Positions 1 to 10,512 of a stretch of 64,000 nt of DNA are shown here, piece after piece. The notes beneath the pieces are model-generated. The model was given only the letters and a program-made list of their open reading frames with translations. It did not search any database and was not told the DNA's origin. This stretch comes from Thalassobaculaceae bacterium (lineage in GTDB: Bacteria; Pseudomonadota; Alphaproteobacteria; Thalassobaculales; Thalassobaculaceae), in NCBI GenBank assembly GCA_965228875.1, contig OZ245843.1:664616-728615 (forward strand), written 5' to 3'. Made by a program: the position numbers and the translations under genes. Numbering within the stretch: position 1 is the first letter of the stretch; the number at the start of each line of letters is the position of its first letter.

Positions 1-166
1 GCTCGGCGGGACCGACAGCCAGATGATCGCCAACGTGATCGAGCGCCAGTTCAAGAGCGCGAACGACTGGCCGTTCGGGGCGGCCCTGTCCTTCCTGCTG
101 ATGTACCTGACCTTCGCCGCGCTGGCGTTGCGGGCCGTGTGGGGCCGCAACGGGGACGGGATCTAG
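1..166 (+). CDS. Polyamine ABC transporter permease (PotB/PotH-like), 3' fragment
   Basis: Frame from nt 2 reads LGGTDSQMIANVIERQFKSANDWPFGAALSFLLMY...*, a typical PotB C-terminus; lies directly upstream of a PotC-like gene. Confidence 0.85.
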   Translation, partial: LGGTDSQMIANVIERQFKSANDWPFGAALSFLLMYLTFAALALRAVWGRNGDGI

Positions 167-169
167 CCC

Positions 170-1000
170 ATGGCAAGGACGCCGATCGGCCCGCTCGAAT
201 ACACCCGCCGCACCTGGATGCGGCTGACGCTGCTCGCCACCTTCGTCTTCCTCTACGCGCCGATCGTCACGCTGATCGCCTTCAGCTTCAACGACAGCCG
301 GCGCAACATCGTCTGGCGCGGCTTCACCACGAAGTACTACGAGAAGGCACTCGGTAACGAGGATCTGATCGAGGCCTTCGTGAACTCGTTGACCATCGCG
401 CTGCTGTCGACCCTGATCGCCACGGTGCTCGGTGCCCTGACGGCCCTGTTGCTCTGGCGGTTCCGCTTTCCGTTCAAGGGGGCGTACGAGGGGGCGATGG
501 CCCTGCCGATCGTCATTCCGGAGATTTGCATGGGCGTGGCGATGCTGGCGTTCTTCGCCAAGGTCGGCTGGCCGAGCGGCCTGCCCTGGCCGCTGTCGCT
601 GTCGGCGATCATCATCGCCCATGTGTCGTTCAGCTTTCCGTTCGTCGCGGTCGTGGTGCGCGCCCGGCTCGCCGGGTTCAACCAGGAACTGGCCGAGGCG
701 GCGCAGGATCTGGGCGCCAGCGAGTGGCGGGTGTTCTGGGACGTGATGGTGCCGTTCATGCGCCCCGGTCTGGTCGCGGGCGCGCTCCTGGCCTTCACCC
801 TGTCGCTGGACGATTTCGTCATCACCTTCTTCACTTCCGGTCCGGACACGGTGACCTTCCCGGTGAAGGTCTACTCCATGGTCCGCTTCTCCGTGACGCC
901 GGAGGTCAATGCCGCCTCGACGGTGCTGATCGTGCTGACCGTCCTGTTGACGGGCATCGCGCTGTGGATGCAGTTCCGCCCGCAGAAGGAGACACCATGA
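170..1000 (+). CDS. potC: Spermidine/putrescine ABC transporter permease (PotC/PotI-like)
   Basis: FLYAPIVTLIAFSFN, EAAQDLGAS (EAA loop) and AFTLSLDDFVITFF motifs. Confidence 0.9.
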   Translation: MARTPIGPLEYTRRTWMRLTLLATFVFLYAPIVTLIAFSFNDSRRNIVWRGFTTKYYEKALGNEDLIEAFVNSLTIALLSTLIATVLGALTALLLWRFRFPFKGAYEGAMALPIVIPEICMGVAMLAFFAKVGWPSGLPWPLSLSAIIIAHVSFSFPFVAVVVRARLAGFNQELAEAAQDLGASEWRVFWDVMVPFMRPGLVAGALLAFTLSLDDFVITFFTSGPDTVTFPVKVYSMVRFSVTPEVNAASTVLIVLTVLLTGIALWMQFRPQKETP

Positions 1001-2118
1001 GCAGCAACGGGCCTTCGGGCGACGACGCGCCGATCATCGAGATCTCCGGGCTGAGCAAGCGGTTCGGCGACTTCGTCGCGGTGGGAGATGTCGACCTGTC
1101 GATCGACCGCGGCGAGTTCTTCGCCCTGCTCGGCCCCTCCGGCTGCGGCAAGACCACGCTTCTGCGTATGCTCGCCGGGCTGGAACTTCCGAGCGAGGGC
1201 AGCGTGCGCATCGACGGTCAGGACATGTCGTTCGTGCCGGCGAACAGGCGGCCGGTCAACATGGTGTTCCAGTCGTATGCCGTGTTCCCGCACATGTCGG
1301 TCCTCGACAATGTCGGCTACGGGCTGCGGATCGACGGCGTGCCCGGCGACGAGATCCGCCGTCGGGCCGAGGAGGCGCTGGAACTGGTCAAACTCTCGGG
1401 GTTCGGCAACCGGCGGCCGGATCAGCTCTCCGGCGGACAGCGTCAGCGCGTGGCCCTCGCCCGGGCCCTGGTCAAGCGCCCGAAGGTGCTTCTCCTCGAC
1501 GAGCCGCTCTCCGCGCTCGACGCCAAGCTGCGGGAGGCGATGCGCCTCGAGATGGTCAACCTTCAGGAGACCGTCGGCATCACTTTCGTCATCGTCACCC
1601 ACGACCAGTCGGAGGCGCTGTCCATGGCGACACGGATCGCCGTGATGGACCAGGGGCGGGTCCAGCAAGTCGCCCCGCCGGCTGAGCTCTACGAGTTTCC
1701 CGCCAGCCGCTTCGTGGCCGACTTCATCGGCTCGGTGAACCTGATCGAGGGGCGGGTCGAGGCGTCGGCGGACGGGCGGACTCGATTGGCGTGCCCCGGG
1801 ATTCCGGCGCCGATCGAGATGGAGCAGCCGGGCAGGCTGACGGTCGGTGGCACCGCCTGGGTCGCGCTGCGGCCGGAGAAGATCGACATCGCCAAGGAAC
1901 CGCCCGAGGAGGCCGGCGCCAACGCCGTCGCAGGCACCGTCGAGGAGATCACCTATCTCGGCGAGACCTCGGTCTATCACGTGCGCGTGGCTCCCGACCT
2001 GCCGCTCATCAAGGTGTCGAGCGCCAATCTCGACCGGGTCACCCGCCGGGCCTTCACCTGGGAGGACACGGTGCATCTCTCCTGGACCTCGTCCTGCGGG
2101 GTGGTGCTGGAGCGGTGA
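997..2118 (+). CDS. potA: Polyamine ABC transporter ATP-binding protein (PotA/PotG-like)
   Basis: Walker A GPSGCGKT, LSGGQ signature, LLLDEP; ATG at 997 overlaps the upstream stop (ATGA) and follows AAGGAG. Confidence 0.9.
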   Translation: MSSNGPSGDDAPIIEISGLSKRFGDFVAVGDVDLSIDRGEFFALLGPSGCGKTTLLRMLAGLELPSEGSVRIDGQDMSFVPANRRPVNMVFQSYAVFPHMSVLDNVGYGLRIDGVPGDEIRRRAEEALELVKLSGFGNRRPDQLSGGQRQRVALARALVKRPKVLLLDEPLSALDAKLREAMRLEMVNLQETVGITFVIVTHDQSEALSMATRIAVMDQGRVQQVAPPAELYEFPASRFVADFIGSVNLIEGRVEASADGRTRLACPGIPAPIEMEQPGRLTVGGTAWVALRPEKIDIAKEPPEEAGANAVAGTVEEITYLGETSVYHVRVAPDLPLIKVSSANLDRVTRRAFTWEDTVHLSWTSSCGVVLER

Positions 2119-3044
2119 GCGTGCCGGAAACGATCGAGGCGGCCGGCGGCGAGGCCCGATGGCTCGACCGCCCGGACGGGATGCGCCTGCGCTACGCGGT
2201 CTTCGGTCCGCCTGGCACCGCCGGGTGGTGCGTGTTCCTGCCCGGCTATACCGAGTTCATCGAGAAGCACCTGGAGACCGTCGGCGATCTGCGCGCCCGA
2301 GGTTTCGGCGTGGTGGTCCCGGACTGGCGGGGGCAGGGGCTGTCGGGGAGGGAGACCGGCGATCGCTCGAGGGGGCATATCGACCGGCTCGACACTCATC
2401 TCGACGACCTGGACGCGGTGATCGACGCGTGCGGCCTCCTGATGGACGGTCCGGCGACCGTGATGGGCCATTCCATGGGCGGCCATCTGACCGTCCGCTA
2501 CTGTCACCGCCACCCCAAGCGGGTGGCACGGGCGATCGCCGTCGCGCCGATGATGGGCGTGGCGGCGCTGACCACCGCCACCGGAGCGCTGCTGACCATG
2601 CTCTGCGCGGTCGGACTCGCAAAACACTACGTCTTCGGCGGGCGGCCGTACGGTCCGAGCCGGGCTCGCTTCGAGGGCAACAGGCTGACCTCCGACCCGG
2701 AGCGCTTCGCCCGCATGCACCGGTTGATCGCCAGGACACCGGATCTGGCGGTGGCGGATCCGAGTTTCGGCTGGGCCCACGCGGCCTGGGCCTCGATCCG
2801 CCTGACCCGGCGGCCGGGCTGGCTGGAGACCGTGGAGACGCCGATGCTTGTCGCCATCGCCGGGCGCGACCGCATCGTCGACAGCGCCGCCGGCGAAGCG
2901 GCGGCCCGGCGCCTGGCGAACGCCACGCTGGTCCGCTTCGACACCGCCGAGCACGAGATCCTGGGCGAGGTCGACGCGATCCGAGCCGGGTTGTGGGCGG
3001 CGATCGACCGCTTTCTGGGGACCGATCAGGGTTCCCAGACGTAG
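2115..3044 (+). CDS. Alpha/beta hydrolase, lysophospholipase L2 (PldB-like)
   Basis: PGYTEFIEK, DWRGQGLS, GHSMGG nucleophile elbow, HEIL catalytic His; GTG start overlaps the potA stop. Confidence 0.85.
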   Translation: MSVPETIEAAGGEARWLDRPDGMRLRYAVFGPPGTAGWCVFLPGYTEFIEKHLETVGDLRARGFGVVVPDWRGQGLSGRETGDRSRGHIDRLDTHLDDLDAVIDACGLLMDGPATVMGHSMGGHLTVRYCHRHPKRVARAIAVAPMMGVAALTTATGALLTMLCAVGLAKHYVFGGRPYGPSRARFEGNRLTSDPERFARMHRLIARTPDLAVADPSFGWAHAAWASIRLTRRPGWLETVETPMLVAIAGRDRIVDSAAGEAAARRLANATLVRFDTAEHEILGEVDAIRAGLWAAIDRFLGTDQGSQT

Positions 3045-3499
3045 TTGATGTCGATCGCGTCCCGGTCGGTTTCCGTGAAGCCGAGGCGGCGATAGAACCG
3101 GTTGGCCGGGCTTCCGTTCAGGACCGTCACCCGCACCGGCTTGCCGGCGACGCGCGCCTCCTCCAGCAACAGTGACATGATCCGCCCGCCGAGCCCGCGC
3201 CCCTGCACCTCGGCGGGCAGGTACAGGTGCTCGACCGCGATATGGTCGTCGCGGTGATGAACGGTCACGCACCCGGCGAACCGGCCGTCGACGTGAACCA
3301 GCCGGGTGTCCTGTGGGCTGAACCCGTTGGTGAAGCGCCGACGGGCCCGTTCCGGCGTGAAGCGGCCGAGACGCTCCAGATCGTCGCGCATCACCGCGAC
3401 CTTGAGGTCGACCAGACGGTCCACATCGCCGGCGGCGGCGGGAGCGAAGGCCAGAACGGGCTCATCGGTCGGTGAGGGCTGAACGGATTCGATTGTCAT
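3026..3499 (-). CDS. GNAT family N-acetyltransferase
   Basis: QGRGLG acetyl-CoA motif and C-terminal ANRFYRRLGF; start taken at MTIESVQ. Confidence 0.85.
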   Translation of the reverse strand: MTIESVQPSPTDEPVLAFAPAAAGDVDRLVDLKVAVMRDDLERLGRFTPERARRRFTNGFSPQDTRLVHVDGRFAGCVTVHHRDDHIAVEHLYLPAEVQGRGLGGRIMSLLLEEARVAGKPVRVTVLNGSPANRFYRRLGFTETDRDAIDINYVWEP

Positions 3500-3590
3500 G
3501 GGTTCAGGTTCGTTCGGTTCATCGTCTTGGCGGCGCGGTGCGCGCACCGTACCATGCCGATCGCTTTCGTCATCGCCCCTGGGGGATCGC

Positions 3591-3770
3591 ATGCTGTTCA
3601 TCGAGAAGATCATGGCCGCCTTCGCCAGTCTGATCGCCATCGACCTGATGAAGCTGGACAGCGAGGACGTGGTCCGGGCGCGTCGCGCCTATCTGGGGGA
3701 GAAGGAGGTCGTCGACGGACCGGTCCCGAGACCGGCCGACCGTCAGGTTGTCGTCCGTTTCGGGCGCTGA
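3591..3770 (+). CDS. Putative small protein (59 aa)
   Basis: GGGGGA before the ATG, GC-rich third codon positions, stop 3 nt before aguB. Confidence 0.45.
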   Translation: MLFIEKIMAAFASLIAIDLMKLDSEDVVRARRAYLGEKEVVDGPVPRPADRQVVVRFGR

Positions 3771-3773
3771 GCC

Positions 3774-4649
<876 letters not shown>

Positions 4650-4725
4650 CGCAGCGCTCTTTCTCTCGCGTCTCGGGGCGGGGTCTCAGGGGGGCGGAGC
4701 GCCCCACTGGCGCGTGGTGCAGGGC

Positions 4726-5025
4726 CTACCGCCCGCCACCTGCCAGAAGCGCCTCGGCCAGCGCCGCCCATTCGGCGTCCAGGTCGCCCCGCGTGTGCGG
4801 CTTGCCAGCCCGGCGAAACCAGTAGCCGGCGTTCATCTCGTCACCCTCCACCCGGTGCAGATGGGCGTGGACCCAGGCGGCATCCGAGCCCCCATCGGCC
4901 TGCACGGTCTCGTGCGCGTCCTCCCAGGCGCCGCGCCCCTGGTGCCACAGGCCGAGCAGCGCGGGCGACAGCCCGTCGGGCGGCGTGTCGTTGTCGAGGG
5001 AACGGCGGAACTCGTCGAGGGTCAT
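4726..5025 (-). CDS. Conserved small hypothetical protein (99 aa)
   Basis: WEDAHETVQ...AAWVHAHLHRVEGDEMNAGYWFRRAG, a motif pattern I recognise from a widespread uncharacterised family. Confidence 0.8.
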   Translation of the reverse strand: MTLDEFRRSLDNDTPPDGLSPALLGLWHQGRGAWEDAHETVQADGGSDAAWVHAHLHRVEGDEMNAGYWFRRAGKPHTRGDLDAEWAALAEALLAGGGR

Positions 5026-5054
5026 GGCGGGTCTCCGAGGCGCGGTTGTCGGTA

Positions 5055-5996
5055 CTATCGCTTCAGGGCCTCGATCGCGAGGTTCGGGTAGTCGGTGATG
5101 ATGCCGTCCACGCCCATCTCCGCCAGCTTCCGCATCTGCGACACGTCGTTGACCGTCCAGACATGGACCTCCAGGCCGAGGTCGTGGGCCTGCTTCAGGG
5201 CGTCGTCGGTCAGGTCGCGGTGATAGGGAGACCAGATGTCGCCCCCGAGGTCCACGATCGCCTGCGGGACCGACCCGCCAACGTCGTCGATGTCGAGTCC
5301 CGCCAGCCAGGGCGAGGCGCCGGGACGGCCGGACTGGACATTGTTGAGCCAGTCGCGCTCCGCCGTCAGATGGGCGGTGCGGATGTGCGGGGCGCGGTTC
5401 TTCACGACGGTCAGCGTGCGCCAGTCGAAACTCTGAACGATGGCGCGGTCGGCGACCCCGGCCGCCTCGATCTCGGCGATGACGGCCAGGGCGAACGTCT
5501 GCGGATCCGCGGTCTCGTCCGGTGCGAGCGGCGTCAGTTTCGTCTCGATGTTGAACCGCAGCGTCGGCGGGCCCTCCGCCGCGGCCAGGGCCAGGACGTC
5601 GGCCAGGGTCGGAATCGGCGTGCCGTCGACCGACACCTGGTCGGGGAACCGCCGGGCCGTCCTGCTCCCCGGTCGTGCGCGCCCGACATCCACCGCCTGC
5701 AGCTCCGCACGGGTCAGGTCGCGGACCGCCGTCTTCTGTGTGATCCATTTCCCGTCGATGCGGGCGAGGTCGGGTGACAGCCTGCGGTCGTGCAGAACCA
5801 CGACAACCCCGTCCCCGGTGAGCCCGGTGTCGAGTTCCAGAACGTCGACACCGAGTGCGATCGCCTCCCGGAAGGCGGGCAGGGTGTTCTCCGGCAACAG
5901 ACCGCGGGCGCCGCGGTGGCCGTGGATGTCGACGGCCTGTGCCGGGGACGTGGCCAGGCCGGCGAGAAGGGCGATCAGGGCGGCGGATTTCCTCAC
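5055..5996 (-). CDS. Exported glycerophosphodiester phosphodiesterase (GlpQ/UgpQ family)
   Basis: HGHRGARGLLPENTLPAF, ELD, NIETK, QSFDW, WTVND, DGIITDYP; signal peptide ending AQA; GTG start after GAGGA. Confidence 0.92.
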   Translation of the reverse strand: MRKSAALIALLAGLATSPAQAVDIHGHRGARGLLPENTLPAFREAIALGVDVLELDTGLTGDGVVVVLHDRRLSPDLARIDGKWITQKTAVRDLTRAELQAVDVGRARPGSRTARRFPDQVSVDGTPIPTLADVLALAAAEGPPTLRFNIETKLTPLAPDETADPQTFALAVIAEIEAAGVADRAIVQSFDWRTLTVVKNRAPHIRTAHLTAERDWLNNVQSGRPGASPWLAGLDIDDVGGSVPQAIVDLGGDIWSPYHRDLTDDALKQAHDLGLEVHVWTVNDVSQMRKLAEMGVDGIITDYPNLAIEALKR

Positions 5997-6062
5997 GGGA
6001 ACTGTTCCTCTATCGGGATCGGCGACGGTCATTGAGGCGGGATTGCCGGTCCGAAAGCAAGG

Positions 6063-6102
6063 CCGTAACTCGATGGTCATCGAACTGTCATGTTACCGTA
6101 AT
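6063..6102 (+). promoter_or_regulatory. Tandem Pho boxes (PhoB sites)
   Basis: CCGTAAC-tcga-TGGTCAT-cgaa-CTGTCAT-gtta-CCGTAAT: four heptamers at exact 11-bp spacing resembling CTGTCAT, upstream of ugpB. Confidence 0.8.
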
Positions 6103-6240
6103 TGTCTCTAAGATATCAGGGCGACGTGCCGGAAATGCGCTGCGCCGACGAGTTCCTCTCCCACACCGGACAGCTCTTCGCGCCCAGCCCGGCACTGGCG
6201 ACGTCGCCAAGGAAAATCAACCTGTTCCGGGGGAAGTATC

Positions 6241-7551
6241 ATGTTCAAGTCAAAGACGACTCTCGCCGCCTTGGCGGGCGCCTACGCGCTGTCCATGGCC
6301 GGCGAGGCGCTCGCCGCCACGGAGATCCAGTGGTGGCACGCGATGGGCGGGCGCAATGGCGAACTCGTGAACGAGATGGCCGAGGGCTACAACGCGTCGC
6401 AGTCCGAGTTCAAGGTCGTGCCGGTCTACAAGGGCAATTACACCGAGACCATGACCGCGGCGATCGCCGCATTCCGCGCCAAGCAGCAGCCGCACATCGT
6501 CCAGGTGTTCGAGGTCGGCACCGCGACCATGATGGCGGCCGAGGGTGCCGTCTATCCGGTCTACAAGCTGATGGAAGACACCGGCACCGCGTTCGACCAG
6601 AGCGCTTACCTGCCGGCCGTGGTCTCCTACTACACCACCCCGGACAACAAGCTGCTGTCGCTGCCGTTCAACAGCTCCACCCCGGTGCTCTGGTACAACA
6701 AGGACGCCCTGGACAAGGCCGGCGTCGCCCCGCCGAAGACCTGGGCCGAGATGTTCGACGTCTCGAAGAAGGTGGTCGCCTCCGGCATGAAGTGCGGCTT
6801 CTCCTTCGGATGGCAGTCCTGGGTGATGATGGAGAACTTCTCCGCCTGGCATAACCTGCCGATCGGCACCAAGGAGAACGGCTTCACCGGCCTCGACACC
6901 GAGTTCTCCTTCAACAACGACAGCGTCACCGGCATGCTGCAGGCGATCGCCGACAGCCAGTCCGAGAAGCTGTTCCAGTACGGCGGCCGCCGCGGCGAGA
7001 GCCTGCCGATGTTCACCAACGGCGAATGTGCCATGTGGATGAACTCGTCGGCCTACTACGGCTCGATCGTCAAGCAGGCCAAGTTCAACTACGGCCAGAC
7101 CATGCTGCCGCTGAACACCGACGTGGCCGACGCGCCGCAGAACTCGATCATCGGCGGTGCCACGCTCTGGGTGCTGCAGGGCAAGCCGGCCGGCGAGTAC
7201 AAGGGCGTCGCCGAGTTCTTCAACTACATCTCCTCGGCGGAGGTGCAGGCGCGCTGGCACCAGGAGACCGGCTACGTGCCGATCACCACGGCGGCCTACG
7301 AGCTCTCGAAGGAGCAGGGCTTCTACGAGTCCAATCCGGGCACCGATACCGCCATCCAGCAGCTGTCGCTGAACACCCCGACCCCGAACTCCAAGGGCCT
7401 GCGTTTCGGCTCCTTCGTTCAGGTGCGTGACATCATCAACGAGGAGATGGAAGCGCTCTGGGCCGGCGACAAGACCGCCAAGCAGGCCATGGACGCCGCC
7501 GTCGACCGTGGCAACGACCTGCTGCGGAAGTTCGAGAAGGCCAACGACTGA
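6241..7551 (+). CDS. ugpB: sn-glycerol-3-phosphate ABC transporter substrate-binding protein
   Basis: EIQWWHAMGG, QVFEVGTATMM, PFNSSTP, PQNSIIGGA, WHQETGYVPIT; signal peptide. Confidence 0.95.
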   Translation: MFKSKTTLAALAGAYALSMAGEALAATEIQWWHAMGGRNGELVNEMAEGYNASQSEFKVVPVYKGNYTETMTAAIAAFRAKQQPHIVQVFEVGTATMMAAEGAVYPVYKLMEDTGTAFDQSAYLPAVVSYYTTPDNKLLSLPFNSSTPVLWYNKDALDKAGVAPPKTWAEMFDVSKKVVASGMKCGFSFGWQSWVMMENFSAWHNLPIGTKENGFTGLDTEFSFNNDSVTGMLQAIADSQSEKLFQYGGRRGESLPMFTNGECAMWMNSSAYYGSIVKQAKFNYGQTMLPLNTDVADAPQNSIIGGATLWVLQGKPAGEYKGVAEFFNYISSAEVQARWHQETGYVPITTAAYELSKEQGFYESNPGTDTAIQQLSLNTPTPNSKGLRFGSFVQVRDIINEEMEALWAGDKTAKQAMDAAVDRGNDLLRKFEKAND

Positions 7552-7576
7552 CCGTCGGCCTCTACGACCCGACGTC

Positions 7577-7606
7577 TGGAGGTCGGTGCCCGTGCGCCGA
7601 CCTCCA
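7577..7606 (+). terminator. Stem-loop after ugpB (terminator or mRNA stabiliser)
   Basis: TGGAGGTCGG...CCGACCTCCA inverted repeat followed by TCTTCCTT. Confidence 0.6.
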
Positions 7607-7643
7607 TCTTCCTTGCCAGCGGGCCTAGCCAGCGGGGGATTCG

Positions 7644-8525
7644 TTGATCAAGAGAGTTACGTTCCGGCATAAGTGGCTGCCATATCTGCTGCTGGCGCCA
7701 CAGCTGGTCATCACGTTCGTTTTCTTCCTGTGGCCCGCGGCCCAGGCGCTCTACCAGTCCATGCTGGTGGAGGACGCCTTCGGTCTGAAGACCGAGTTCG
7801 TCTGGTTCGAGAACTTCGAGGAACTGTTCTCGGACCCGCTCTATGTCGACGCCTTCCTGAACACCGTGGTCTTCAGCGCGTCCGTCGCCTTTCTCTCGAT
7901 GGCGGTGGCGCTGCTGCTCGCGGTCATGGCCGACCGCACGATCAAGGGCGCGACGGCCTACAAGACGCTGCTGATCTGGCCCTACGCCGTCGCCCCCGCC
8001 GTAGCCGGCGTGCTGTGGTTCTTCATGTTCAACCCGGTGGTCGGCATCAACGCCTACCTGCTGCGCGCCATCGGCTACGAGTGGAACCACTACCTCGACG
8101 GCGGGGACGCCATGACCCTGGTGGTGATCGCCGCCTCCTGGAAGCAGATCAGCTACAACTTTCTGTTCTTCCTGGCCGGCCTTCAGGCGATCCCGCGCTC
8201 GCTGATCGAGGCCGCGGCGATCGACGGAGCGAGCCCGTCCAAGCGGTTCTGGACAATCATCTTCCCGCTGCTGTCGCCGACCACCTTCTTCCTGCTCGTG
8301 GTCAACGTGGTCTACGCCTTCTTCGACACCTTCGGCATCATCCACGCGACGACCGAGGGCGGGCCCGCCGGCGCGACGCAGATCCTGGTCTACAAGGTAT
8401 TCAGCGACGGCTTCGTCGGTCTGGACCTCGGCGGCTCGGCCGCGCAGTCGGTGGTGCTCATGGTCATCGTCATCAGCCTGACGGTCGTGCAGTTCCGCTA
8501 CATCGAGCGGAGGGTGGAGTACTGA
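7644..8525 (+). CDS. ugpA: sn-glycerol-3-phosphate ABC permease
   Basis: [40 protein letters not shown] motifs. Confidence 0.95.
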   Translation: MIKRVTFRHKWLPYLLLAPQLVITFVFFLWPAAQALYQSMLVEDAFGLKTEFVWFENFEELFSDPLYVDAFLNTVVFSASVAFLSMAVALLLAVMADRTIKGATAYKTLLIWPYAVAPAVAGVLWFFMFNPVVGINAYLLRAIGYEWNHYLDGGDAMTLVVIAASWKQISYNFLFFLAGLQAIPRSLIEAAAIDGASPSKRFWTIIFPLLSPTTFFLLVVNVVYAFFDTFGIIHATTEGGPAGATQILVYKVFSDGFVGLDLGGSAAQSVVLMVIVISLTVVQFRYIERRVEY

Positions 8526-9373
8526 TGGTCGAGAACCGCCCCTGGCTGACCGTCCTGGCGCATCTGGTCGTCATCGCCGGCATCATCGTCACCGTGCTGC
8601 CGATCTGGATAACGTTCGTGGCCTCGACCCATCCGATCGAGAACATCATGGACGGTACCGTGCCCATGTGGCCCGGCGACCGCTTCTTCGAGAACTACGC
8701 GACGGTGCTTGGCGCTGGAATCGCGGATGCGGGCGGCATTCCCGTCGGCACCATGCTGTTGAACAGCCTCATCATGGCGCTGTCGATCACCATCGGGAAG
8801 ATCGCGGTCTCGCTGATCGCGGCCTATGCGATCGTCTACTTCAACTTTCCGTTCCGCATGACCTGCTTCTGGATGATCTTCGTCACCCTGATGCTGCCCG
8901 TCGAGGTCAGGATCCTGCCGACCTTCGCGGTGGTGGCGAACCTGGGTATGCTGAACAGCTATGTCGGCCTCAGCCTGCCGCTGATCGCCTCGGCGACGGC
9001 GACCTTCCTGTTCCGGCAGTTCTTCCTCACCGTGCCGGAGGAACTCGCCGAGGCGGCACGCATAGACGGGGCGGGTCCGTGGAAGTTCTTCAAGGACATC
9101 CTGCTGCCGCTGTCGCGGACCAATATGGCCGCTCTGTTCGTGATTCTCTTCATCTACGGCTGGAACCAGTATCTCTGGCCGCTGCTGGTGACCACCGACG
9201 AGTCCTTCTACACGGTGGTCATGGGCATCCAGCGCATGACCCAGGCGGCGGAATCCCTGCCGCTATGGCATCTGGTCATGGCGACGACGATGCTGGCGAT
9301 GATCCCGCCGGTGATTGTCGTCGTGGCAATGCAGAAGCTTTTCGTCAAAGGCCTGGTCGAAACCGAGAAATAG
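8525..9373 (+). CDS. ugpE: sn-glycerol-3-phosphate ABC permease
   Basis: MVENRPWL start overlapping the ugpA stop (TGATG); TLMLPVEVRI, ASATATFLFRQFF, FVKGLVETEK. Confidence 0.95.
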   Translation: MVENRPWLTVLAHLVVIAGIIVTVLPIWITFVASTHPIENIMDGTVPMWPGDRFFENYATVLGAGIADAGGIPVGTMLLNSLIMALSITIGKIAVSLIAAYAIVYFNFPFRMTCFWMIFVTLMLPVEVRILPTFAVVANLGMLNSYVGLSLPLIASATATFLFRQFFLTVPEELAEAARIDGAGPWKFFKDILLPLSRTNMAALFVILFIYGWNQYLWPLLVTTDESFYTVVMGIQRMTQAAESLPLWHLVMATTMLAMIPPVIVVVAMQKLFVKGLVETEK

Positions 9374-9388
9374 GGGAGCGCCGAGAGC

Positions 9389-10453
9389 ATGGCGGAATTG
9401 CACCTCACGGGTGTCGAGAAGATCTATCCCAACGGCTTCCACGCCATTCACGGGATCGACCTGGACGTTAACGATGGCGAATTCATCGTGCTGGTCGGCC
9501 CGTCCGGCTGCGGCAAGTCCACGCTGCTGCGCATGGTGGCGGGTCTGGAAACCGTGACGGACGGGGCGGTGGAGATTGGCGGACGGCTGGTGAACCGGCT
9601 CGAGCCGGCGGACCGGGACATCGCCATGGTGTTCCAGAACTACGCCCTCTATCCGCACATGAAGGTCTTCGACAACATGGCCTACGGCCTGCGCAACCGG
9701 GGCATGGCCAAGGCCGAGATCGACCGGCGGGTGCGGGAGGCGGCTGCCATCCTGGAGCTTGAGCCGCTGCTCGACCGTCGCCCGAACCAGCTTTCCGGTG
9801 GCCAGCGGCAGCGTGTCGCCATGGGCCGCGCCATCGTGCGGGAGCCTTCGGTCTTCCTGTTCGACGAGCCGCTGTCCAACCTGGACGCCAAGCTCCGCGT
9901 CCAGATGCGGGTCGAGATCAAGCGCCTGCAGCGCCGCCTCGGCATCACCAGCCTCTACGTCACCCATGACCAGGTGGAGGCCATGACCATGGCCGACCGG
10001 CTCGTGGTGATGAACGGCGGCCGGGCGGAGCAGATCGGCACCCCGATCGAGCTCTACGACCGGCCGGCGACCACCTTCGTCGCCACCTTCATCGGCTCGC
10101 CGGCGATGAACCTGATCGACGCGACGATGACCGCCGACGGCGCCGGCGTCGTCCTGGCGTCGGGATCGACCGTGATGCTGCCGGCGGCGCGCGGCGACCT
10201 TGGCGGCCGCACCGTCAGATTCGGCGTGCGTCCCGAGCATCTGAGCGTGGCGGATGCCGGCCTGCGGCTGCGTCTGGAACTGGTCGAAGCGCTGGGCGCG
10301 GATACGCTGCTGCACGGCTATCTGGACGGCGACGACAGCCAGATCGTCACCGCGCGGGTCAACGGTCATTTCTCCGGCGCCGCGGAGATGGTCCGCGTGG
10401 TGCCCGGAACCGAGATCCACCTGTTCGACGCCGAGACCGGCCTGCGCCTGTAG
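9389..10453 (+). CDS. ugpC: sn-glycerol-3-phosphate ABC ATP-binding protein
   Basis: [28 protein letters not shown]; last gene of the ugp operon. Confidence 0.93.
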   Translation: MAELHLTGVEKIYPNGFHAIHGIDLDVNDGEFIVLVGPSGCGKSTLLRMVAGLETVTDGAVEIGGRLVNRLEPADRDIAMVFQNYALYPHMKVFDNMAYGLRNRGMAKAEIDRRVREAAAILELEPLLDRRPNQLSGGQRQRVAMGRAIVREPSVFLFDEPLSNLDAKLRVQMRVEIKRLQRRLGITSLYVTHDQVEAMTMADRLVVMNGGRAEQIGTPIELYDRPATTFVATFIGSPAMNLIDATMTADGAGVVLASGSTVMLPAARGDLGGRTVRFGVRPEHLSVADAGLRLRLELVEALGADTLLHGYLDGDDSQIVTARVNGHFSGAAEMVRVVPGTEIHLFDAETGLRL

Positions 10454-10497
10454 AGAGGCCCGCGATCAGATGAAAACATCTGATCGCGGTCTGCTCT
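10451..10497. repeat. Palindromic intergenic element / bidirectional terminator
   Basis: Perfect 13-bp stem CCGCGATCAGATG-AAAA-CATCTGATCGCGG between convergent genes; related copy at about 63945-63995. Confidence 0.7.
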
Positions 10498-10512
10498 GGC
10501 GGGCGATCCGCA

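Noticed and set aside
526..996. Long N-terminal extensions in the ORF track (potA, ugpE, livG, dctM, cheB, cheR, soxA and others)
   Set aside because: They overlap upstream genes; internal starts with an RBS or a stop/start overlap fit better.
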